A program made the translations under genes and the position numbers. Of a DNA stretch of 8,958 nt, positions 1 to 6,764 are shown piece after piece. The DNA is taken from NCBI RefSeq assembly GCF_006345805.1, contig NW_021828159.1, forward strand, positions 1-8,958, read 5' to 3'. Numbering within the stretch: the stretch's first letter is position 1; each line of letters starts with the position of its first letter. Source of the DNA: Octopus sinensis. Its lineage: Eukaryota. The notes below the pieces were generated by a model. That model was not told the origin of the DNA. It was given only the letters and a program-made list of their open reading frames with translations, and made no database searches.

Positions 1-318
1 GGACTTATTCTTTGCAAGCCCAGTACTTATTCTATCGTTCTCTTTTGCCGAACCGCTAATGTAACGGGGACATAAACACACCAACATCGGTTGTCAAGCA
101 ATGCTAGGGGGACAAACACAGACACACAAACACATACACATACACACACACATATATATATGTTTCTTTCAGTTTCCGTCTACCAAATCCACTCACAAGG
201 CATTGGTCGGCCCGGGGCTATAGCAGAAGACACTTGCCCAAGATGCCACGCAGTGGGACTGAACCCGGAACCATGTGACTGGGAGGCAAGCTTCTTACCA
301 CACAGCCACTCCTGCACC
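1..318 (-). mobile_element. tRNA-derived SINE, family A, copy 1 (3' end runs off the window)
   Basis: Reverse complement aligns with 5399-5730. It has the tRNA-like head (GGTGCAGGAGTGGCTGTGTGG, B box GGTTCAGTCC), an internal TA/TG microsatellite at about 112-162 and the shared body. Confidence 0.9.
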
Positions 319-347
319 TATAGATATGAAAAGTATATATATATCCT

Positions 348-547
348 CTACTCGTTTACTTCTTTCAGTCCATAGACTGCGGCCATGCTGGAGCTCCGCC
401 TTGAAGAATTTCTTAGTCGAATGGATCGACTCTCGGTACTTACTTTTAAAGGCTGTTACTTATTCTATCGGTCTCTTTTGTCGAATCGCTAATTTACAAG
501 GGCGTAAACACACCAACACCGGTTATCAAGCAGTGGTGGGGAGACAC
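348..547 (-). mobile_element. Diverged 3' half of a family A-related SINE
   Basis: Contains CAGTCcataGACTGCGGCCATGCTGGAGC and TACTTATTCTATCGGTCTCTTTTG, matching 3685-3790. Similarity stops at the internal microsatellite and no head is seen. Confidence 0.8.
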
Positions 548-549
548 CA

Positions 550-648
550 TGTATATAAATGTGTATATAAATGTGTGTGTATATATATGTGTGTATATAT
601 ATATGTGTGTGTGTGTACGCGTGTGTATGTGTCTATGATATATGCGTA

Positions 649-680
<32 letters not shown>

Positions 681-735
681 AATGTGTGTGTGTGTATGAT
701 GTGTGACTGAGTGCATGTACGCATGCGTGTGTATT
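550..735. repeat. Compound (TA)n/(TG)n microsatellite
   Basis: Read directly from the sequence. Confidence 0.9.
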
Positions 736-760
736 GTAAAGAAGTGAAAAAAGTACATAT

Positions 761-816
761 CACTACCGCCACCACCACCACAACCACCACCACCACCGCA
801 ACTACTACCACCACTA
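761..816. repeat. Imperfect (ACC)n trinucleotide repeat
   Basis: accaccacca...actactaccaccact. Confidence 0.85.
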
Positions 817-837
817 TCAGAAACAAAACACACAAAT

Positions 838-987
838 GTGTGTGTGTGTGTGCATGTGTGTGTGAGTGTGTGTATTTATGATGTATATGTGTATATGTAT
901 ATATAAATGTGTGTGTATATACACAGACACAAAAGTTACACACACACACACGCATACACTCCCACGCACACACACATTTATATATAC
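838..987. repeat. (TG)n / (TA)n / (CA)n microsatellite
   Basis: Read directly from the sequence; TG tract then CA tract. Confidence 0.85.
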
Positions 988-991
988 TGAA

Positions 992-1294
992 AGCGCATAG
1001 CTCAGTGGTTAGAGCGACAGGCTCCCATTCGTGAGGTAGTGATTTCATATCCCGGACTGGGCTGAGGGTTGTGTTCTTGAGCAAGACTCTTTATTTTACG
1101 TTGTTCTCGTGCACTCAGCTGTAGAAATGAGTTGCGACGTCACTGGTTCTAAGTTGTATCGGTCTCTTTTCTTTTTCCTTGGATAACATCCGTGACGCGG
1201 AGAGTGGAGGGCTCGGACTTGTGCCTCGGCGGGGAACTTTCTAAGAGCAATGGCATGGTCATTCATGACTGAAGGGGCTCTTTCCCTTTTAACC
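992..1294 (+). mobile_element. tRNA-derived SINE, family B (CORE-like central domain)
   Basis: A box TAGCTCAGTGG at 998-1008 followed by TTAGAGC, and a degenerate B box near 1041-1052. Next comes TTCTTGAGCAAG...CTCAGCTGTAGAAATGAG, which resembles the CORE-SINE core. The 3' boundary is approximate. Confidence 0.75.
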
Positions 1295-1301
1295 TGTATA
1301 T

Positions 1302-1715
1302 ATATATTATATTAAATTAGAGATAAAACCACTATTAGGCAAATCAAACACTGAAATCATAAGCCAATACATAGAAATAAAATACATTAAAAAATATTTA
1401 AAAAAAATATATAAAAAATATAAAATATAAAATATAAAAATCTAATTAAAATATTTAAATTAAAGTTAAAATTAAAAAAATTTATTTAAATTAATAATTT
1501 AAACTATAAATTATATATTATATATATTTTTATTATTATTTTATTTAATTATTTATTTTTATTTTTATATTTTTATTTTTTTTAATTGGTATTTTATATT
1601 TTATATTTTATATCTTTTATATATTTTTTTAATTAATTTTATTTCTATGTATTGGCTTATGATTTTCAGTGTTTGATTTGCCTAAGTGGTTTTATCTTAA
1701 TTTAATATAATATAT
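1302..1715. repeat. Long AT-rich inverted repeat (foldback)
   Basis: 1302-1383 (…GATAAAACCACTATTAGGCAAATCAAACACTGAAATCATAAGCCAATACATAGAAATAAAAT) is the reverse complement of 1636-1715 apart from a few small indels. The interior is A-rich then T-rich. Confidence 0.9.
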
Positions 1716-1738
1716 TATACTATAAAATTAGATTTAAT

Positions 1739-1740
<2 letters not shown>

Positions 1741-1787
<47 letters not shown>

Positions 1788-1805
1788 TATATAGTAATAT
1801 ATATA
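1741..1805. repeat. (TA)n microsatellite
   Basis: Read directly from the sequence. Confidence 0.95.
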
Positions 1806-1994
1806 GGGAGAACTCGCAAAAAAAAAGCAAAAGGCGAAGACGGGTTGTGTAGACAAACAGATATATTAGTTTAACGCTCGGGAAGTGAAAAAGTCTTTAA
1901 CGTTTCAAGCCTACGCTCTTCCACAGAAAGGAACACAGAAAGAAACAAGGAGAGAAAATAATGAATGTGTAGTGACTAGAGATGTATCATGGCG
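1806..1994 (-). mobile_element. Short interspersed repeat, family P, copy 1 (Penelope-like pLTR remnant with hammerhead-like motif)
   Basis: Homologous to 3290-3490 (TATTAGTTTAACGCTCGGGAAGTGA...GCCTACGCTCTTC.ACAGAAAGGAACACAGAAA). Flanked by (TA)n and carries a hammerhead-like motif on the - strand. The Penelope assignment is inference. Confidence 0.65.
1895..1930 (-). ncRNA. Minimal type I hammerhead-like ribozyme, variant core
   Basis: - strand reads CUUU CUGUGGA A GAGC-GUAG-GCUU GAA ACGU U^ AAAG. Stem I is CUUU/AAAG, stem II has 4 bp and stem III is the palindrome ACGU. The core has U instead of A6. Confidence 0.55.
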
Positions 1995-2027
1995 ATATAT
2001 ATATGTATATATATATATATATATATA

Positions 2028-2386
2028 TGTTAATAAAATAGAACATATGCATATATTATAAACAATATATGTACGTACGACCTACCTCTACATGTACATA
2101 TACACGCATATATGTGTACAGGACACCAAAAAGACGTCGAACACATAGAGAGACGAAACACATAGACACAAACAGGAACAAGACAAGCAAAAAAAGGAGA
2201 GATACAGGACAATAAGCACAACGAAGAATCCCCTTCTTCAGTCGCTAAGATTTCATCTACTAAACGTTTCGAAGGATAAAAGCGAGACGTATACTTCGAA
2301 GAAAAATTCCTTCCCGCGAAAAGCAAATCAATTAAAATTCTGAGATCTTTCGCAGAGGGGTAAAAAAAAGCAAGACGGTAACGACA
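2028..2386. repeat. Direct repeat, copy 1
   Basis: Aligns end to end with 2896-3244. Confidence 0.95.
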
Positions 2387-2895
2387 GTACAAACATATAA
2401 ACAGTAAAAAAATATATATATAAACAGTGGAAAAATAATATATAACAGTGAGAGACAGGACAAGGAGAACAAGATAAGAAGGGCTGTTAACGCCAGACGA
2501 AAAAAGTATTGCAAACGCTGGATTATCGTGGAAGGAGAGAGGGAAAATTTGTCGACCAGAGCCTTACAAGGCGGGCGAGAAAAGACAGGATAGCAGTTAC
2601 GACGGAAGTATCGTCGCAGATGGATGACGGGAATGGGGGAGGAGGAGCAAGAGGAAGAGAGAGAAGAAGGGGAATGGTGCGAGGAGACCAGGAAGAATGG
2701 TGAAAGGGAGAGAGAGAATGAAGAATGAGAGAGAGAGAGAAGAGGACAAATTAAGTGAGGGAAAAAAAGACGAAAAAGGGAAGGGGGGGGAGAGAAAGAA
2801 AGAAAGATCAGAGTCGCGTGAGAGTTAATTATCAAGGCTAACTTGATAAACAGAACAATCTTACTTATAGGGTGCGTGCGTTTAGTCGTATAATA

Positions 2896-3244
2896 TGTTA
2901 ATAAAATAGAATATATGCATATATAAACATATATGTACGTACCTACTCTACATGTACAATACACCATATAGTGTACAGTGACACCAAAAAGACGTCGAAC
3001 ACATAGAGAGACGAAACACATAGACACAAACCAAGGAACAGACAAGCAAAAAAAGGAGAGATACAGGACAATAAGCACAACGAAAAATCCCCTTCTTCAG
3101 TCGCTAAATTTCATCTACTAACGTTCGAAGGATAAAAGCGAGACGTATAATTCGAAGAAAAATTCCTTCCCGCGAAAAGCAAATCAATTAAAATTCTGAG
3201 ATCTTTCGCAGAGGGGTAAAAAAAAAAGCAAGACGGTAACGACA
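2896..3244. repeat. Direct repeat, copy 2
   Basis: Aligns end to end with 2028-2386; differences are mostly small indels. Confidence 0.95.
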
Positions 3245-3289
3245 TATATATTATATATATTATATAATATATATATATGTATGTATATA

Positions 3290-3490
3290 GTTGGAATTTA
3301 CAAAAAAACAAAACAAAAAAAACAAACGAACCAAAAGACGGATGTGTAAACAACAAATAGATGTATTAGTTTAACGCTCGGGAAGTGAGAAAGTATTTTA
3401 CATTTCGAGCCTACGCTCTTCAACAGAAAGGAACACAGAAATATACAGAGAAAGAAAATTTTAAAATATGGTTTCGTGGCTAGCAACCAA
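3290..3490 (-). mobile_element. Short interspersed repeat, family P, copy 2
   Basis: Homologous to 1806-1994; the core at 3361-3440 matches 1861-1940 without gaps. Confidence 0.65.
3395..3430 (-). ncRNA. Minimal type I hammerhead-like ribozyme, variant core
   Basis: - strand reads CUUU CUGUUGA A GAGC-GUAG-GCUC GAA AUGU A^ AAAU. Stem II is perfect and the triplet is GUA. Stem III ACGU has become AUGU, consistent with CpG decay. Confidence 0.5.
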
Positions 3491-3661
3491 GCAATCAATC
3501 ATATGTGTTTACACGTCAGTATTAGGAATTTTCAAACAGCACTTTTCGGACCATACATGCTAATGTATATGTTTTCATTCATGTGCGTTAACTACACCAT
3601 TAGAGCACTTTAGCTCTTATTTTTAGCTATGTACATGTTTCCTAATACCCTAGTCACATTT

Positions 3662-4074
3662 TCTCATTTCTCATTTACTTGTTTCAGTCATTTGACTGTG
3701 GCCATGCTGGAGCACCGCCTTTTAGTCGAGCAAATCGACCCCAGGACTTATTCTTTGTAAGCCTAGTACTTATTCTATCGGTCTCTTTTGCCGAACCGCT
3801 AAGTTACGGGGACGTAAGCACACCAGCATCGGTTGTCAAGCGATGTTGGGGGGACAAACACAACACACACACATACACATATATATATATACATATATAT
3901 ACATATATACGACGGGCTTCTTTCAGTTTCCGTCTACCAAATCCACTCACAAGTCTTTGGTTGGCCCGAGGCTATAGTAGAAGACAATTTGCCCAAGGTG
4001 CCACGCAGTGGGACTGAACCCCGGAACCATGTGGTTCGTTAGCAAGCTACTTACCACACAGCCACTCCTACGCC
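3662..4074 (-). mobile_element. tRNA-derived SINE, family A, full-length copy
   Basis: Head GGCGTAGGAGTGGCTGTGTGG at 4074 through to an (AAATGAG)n tail. Probable target-site duplication CATTT at 3657-3661 and 4074-4078. Confidence 0.92.
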
Positions 4075-4234
4075 ATTTAGTAACATTTGTCATTCTTCTT
4101 TTTGGTGAAACATTGCCAACTGCTGTTTAAATTAATTTTATATATACACATTGGCGAATCGTTAAATCAACCAATAAGTTGGATGAGGAAACCATAAATA
4201 ATAATGGCGAAGCGAATCGGAGAAGAGCCAAACA

Positions 4235-4303
4235 ATCGAGTGATCTTAACTGATGAGGCAACGGAAACTGCCGAAACTGATGTCAGTATTAGGAATTCTC
4301 GAT
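4235..4303 (+). ncRNA. Type I hammerhead ribozyme (predicted cleavage GUA^ after 4288)
   Basis: Core CUGAUGA at 4250-4256 and GAAA at 4273-4276. Stem II is GGCA 4257-4260 / UGCC 4269-4272. Stem III is ACUGA-UG-UCAGU 4276-4287, with A4288 as H17. Stem I is UCUUAA 4244-4249 / UUAGGA 4289-4294, continued past an internal loop by AUCGAG 4235-4240 / CUCGAU 4298-4303. Confidence 0.9.
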
Positions 4304-4503
4304 CGGCACCGTTCGGACGATTATCATACCTGTTAGCATAAATGTTTTCATTCATGTGCGTTAACTACAGCATTAGAGCTGTTTAGCTCTTATTTCTAGC
4401 AATGTGGGTGTTTCCAAGACCCTAGTCATACTTGGTGACAATTATAATTGTCCTTTTTGATGAAATATTGCAACTGTTGTCTATATTAATTTTATATATA
4501 CAG

Positions 4504-4660
4504 TGTGTGGTTGTGTGTTAAGTAGCTTGCTAACCAGCCACATGGTTCCGGGTTCAGTCCCACTGCGTGGCACCTTCGGCAAGTGTCTTCTGCTATAACC
4601 TCGGGCCGACCAAAGCCTTGTTAGTGGATTTGGTAGACGGAAACTGAAAGAAGCCCGTTG

Positions 4661-4697
<37 letters not shown>

Positions 4698-4916
4698 GTG
4701 TGTGTCTTTGTGTGTCTGTGTTTGTCCCCCTTGCATTGCTTAACAACCGATGCTGGTGTGTTTAAGTCCCCGTCACTTAACGGTTCGGCAAAAGAGACTG
4801 ATAGAATAAATACTGGGCTTACAAAGAATAAGTCCCGGGGTCGATTTGCTCGACTAAAGGCGGTGCTCCAGCATGGCCGAAGTCAAATGACTGAAACAAG
4901 TAAAAGAGTAAAAGAG
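4504..4916 (+). mobile_element. tRNA-derived SINE, family A, near full-length copy
   Basis: B box GGTTCAGTCC at 4551-4560, internal microsatellite at about 4661-4720 and a (TAAAAGAG)2 tail. Aligns with 5399-5813. Confidence 0.92.
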
Positions 4917-4989
4917 GGTGCAACGGGCAAATTGTCGTTATTATATAATTTTAATTTCGCGCATGTGCCGTGATTGTTTTTGATTTTGT

Positions 4990-5122
4990 GGTCAAACATC
5001 CCTGAAAAAATTCCATCCGAATCCACCCTGTGGTTATTGAGATATCTTATCCACGGACAAAGAGACAAACAAACAAACGCGACTGAAAACAATATCTCCA
5101 CCTTCGCTAATTCGGAGGATTT
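4990..5122 (+). mobile_element. Probable 3' end of a Helentron-associated (HINE/DINE-1-like) element
   Basis: AAATTCCATCCGAATCC...TTGAGATATCTT, then a short (ACAA)n tract, then GAAAACAATA and a subterminal hairpin (CTCC 5096-5099 / GGAG 5114-5117). This order matches HINE 3' ends as I recall them. No 5' end was found. Confidence 0.5.
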
Positions 5123-5190
5123 AAATATAAGGACACAATATCTGTGTCCTTATATTTTCGAAAATATAATGACACAGATAGTGTCGTATA
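5123..5190. repeat. Overlapping palindromes (one ~20-nt motif in alternating orientation)
   Basis: 5123-5137 and 5143-5157 form a perfect 15-bp inverted repeat. 5139-5180 is a 42-bp palindrome with one mismatched pair. Confidence 0.9.
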
Positions 5191-5336
5191 GCCAGCAGGA
5201 AACGACGCTTCCTGGTGCTAAACAACAGAAACATACGTTCCATCCGTGGCAGCCACATTATGTTGGCAAATAGTCTTTACTTTAAACTGCTACTGAAAAT
5301 CTCTCTGAGAAATTTAGAAATAATGTTTCTATAAAT

Positions 5337-5398
5337 GGCGGTGCCCCAGCATGGCCACAGCTCGTGAGCTGAAACTAGCTAAAATAAAATAAAAATAA
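5337..5398 (+). mobile_element. 5'-truncated retroposon 3' end sharing the family A tail
   Basis: GGCGGTGCCCCAGCATGGCCACAGCTCgtGAGCTGAAACTAG followed by (TAAAA)n; parallels 5755-5797. Confidence 0.75.
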
Positions 5399-5562
5399 GC
5401 ACAGGAGTGGCTGTGTGGTAAGTAGCTTGTTTACCAACCACATGGTTCCGGGTTCAGTCCCACTGCTTGACACCTTGGGCAAGTGTCTTCTACTATAGCC
5501 TCGGGCCGACCAAAGCCTTGTGAGTGGATTTGGTAGACGGAAACTGAAAGAAGCCCGTCGTA

Positions 5563-5593
<31 letters not shown>

Positions 5594-5813
5594 GTGTGTG
5601 TTTGTGTGTCTGTGTTTGTCCCCCTAGCATTGCTTGACAACAGATGCTGGTGTGTTTGCGTCCCCGTCACTTAGTGGTTCGGCAAAAGAGACCGATAGAA
5701 TAAGTACTGGGCTTACAAAAGAATAAGTCCCGGGGACGATTTGCTCGACTAAAAGGCGGTGCTCCAGCATGGCCGCAGTCAAATGACTGAAACAAGTAAA
5801 AGTGTAAAAGAGT
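5399..5813 (+). mobile_element. tRNA-derived SINE, family A, full-length copy
   Basis: A box TGGCTGTGTGG at 5408-5418 and B box GGTTCAGTCC at 5451-5460. Also has CORE-like ACCTTGGGCAAGT, an internal microsatellite at about 5561-5618, a 3' hairpin at 5776-5789 and a short repeat tail. Confidence 0.93.
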
Positions 5814-5951
5814 ATATTAGATCAGTGTCTGTGTGTCACTTTGAAAATTATATATTTTCGAACGGGAATTCAGTAACGCCATCTAGCCTAGCAGCTACTC
5901 TGTGCTGATAAAGGACAATAACCCAGAAACTGGTCCACAGATGTTGCTTTA

Positions 5952-6086
5952 TGCGTAACTGGTACTTATTTAATCGACCCCCGACAGGATAAAAGGCTAA
6001 GTCGACCTCGGCGGAATTTGAACTCAGAACGTAGCGACGGGCGTTTTTGCCCACCAGCGTGCTAACGATTCTGCCAGCTCGCCGCC
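5952..6086 (-). mobile_element. tRNA-derived SINE, family C, 5' portion
   Basis: - strand head GGCGGCGAGCTGGCAGAATCGTTAGC and B box GAGTTCAAATTCC (6013-6025), followed by GTCGACTTAGCCTTTTATCCT...AAGTACCAG. Homologous to 6449-6654. Confidence 0.85.
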
Positions 6087-6088
6087 TC

Positions 6089-6131
<43 letters not shown>

Positions 6132-6285
6132 TGATAATAATAATAATGATAAAATAATAATAATTATAATATAATAATATAATAATAATAATAATAATGA
6201 TACTAATAATAATAGTAATAGTAATAATAATAATAATATAATAATAATAATAATAATGATAATAATAATAATAATTATAATAATG

Positions 6286-6358
<73 letters not shown>

Positions 6359-6405
6359 TAATAATGATAATAATAATAATAATAACAATAGTAATAATAA
6401 TAATA

Positions 6406-6445
<40 letters not shown>

Positions 6446-6448
6446 TAA
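6089..6448. repeat. (AAT)n microsatellite
   Basis: About 360 bp of AAT with GAT/AGT variants. Confidence 0.97.
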
Positions 6449-6654
6449 TCCTTTCTACTATATGCAGAAGGCCGGCAATTTTGGGGAAGTGGGGAAGTCG
6501 ATTACGTGGACCCCTGTGATTGACTAGTACTCGCTTTATTGGCCCCGAAAATACGACAGGTGAAGTCGATCATGGCTGAATTTGAACGTAAAGATGGGCG
6601 AAATGGTACTATGCATTTTTTTCGACGCGCTAACATCTCTGCCATCTCGCTACC
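6449..6654 (-). mobile_element. tRNA-derived SINE, family C, diverged copy
   Basis: Shares GCTAAC...CTGCCA.CTCGC, GAATTTGAAC, AAGTCGA and GTACT blocks in the same order as 5952-6086, and extends further 3'. Confidence 0.75.
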
Positions 6655-6655
<1 letters not shown>

Positions 6656-6703
<48 letters not shown>

Positions 6704-6733
6704 CAATTATAATAATGATAATAGTAGTAGTAG

Positions 6734-6764
<31 letters not shown>

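Larger units (their letters stand above)
2028..3244. mobile_element. Non-coding element bounded by ~355-bp direct repeats (TRIM/LTR-like or Penelope-type partial tandem)
   Basis: 2028-2386 and 2896-3244 are near-identical, start TGTTAATAAAATAG and end GTAACGACA. The ~510-bp interior is purine-rich and non-coding. The element sits in a (TA)n tract. Confidence 0.7.
3513..4502 (+). mobile_element. Tandem ~350-nt hammerhead-containing repeat (~1.6 units; non-LTR retrozyme / Penelope pLTR-like), interrupted by a SINE
   Basis: GTCAGTATTAGGAATT occurs at 3515 and 4282. 3515-3661 plus 4079-4148 aligns with 4282-4502 (shared ATGTTTTCATTCATGTGCGTTAACTACA, ACCCTAGTCA, ATTAATTTTATATATACA). Spacing of 767 minus the 417-bp SINE insertion gives 350 nt. 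Confidence 0.8.

Noticed and set aside
992-1065. Possible tRNA gene
   Set aside because: The B box is degenerate, no clean cloverleaf forms and the sequence continues into a SINE body.
91-1084. ORFs of 66-196 aa
   Set aside because: They translate SINE and dinucleotide or trinucleotide repeats (HT/YI/CV runs) with no domain-like sequence.
2030-3078. ORFs 2332-3078 (-, 248 aa) and 2030-2392 (-)
   Set aside because: They are F/L/S-rich because of purine skew, with no RT, integrase or GIY-YIG motifs, and the frame is not kept between repeat copies.
4261-4270. ACGGAAACTG shared between the hammerhead stem II loop and family A SINE (4637-4646)
   Set aside because: Only 10 nt with no flanking similarity; most likely chance.
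5123-5190. CRISPR-like or terminator interpretation of the palindromes
   Set aside because: Eukaryotic repeat context, no repeat-spacer periodicity and no upstream gene.
3679-5670. ORFs overlapping family A SINEs
   Set aside because: Chance frames through a non-coding SINE that differ between copies.
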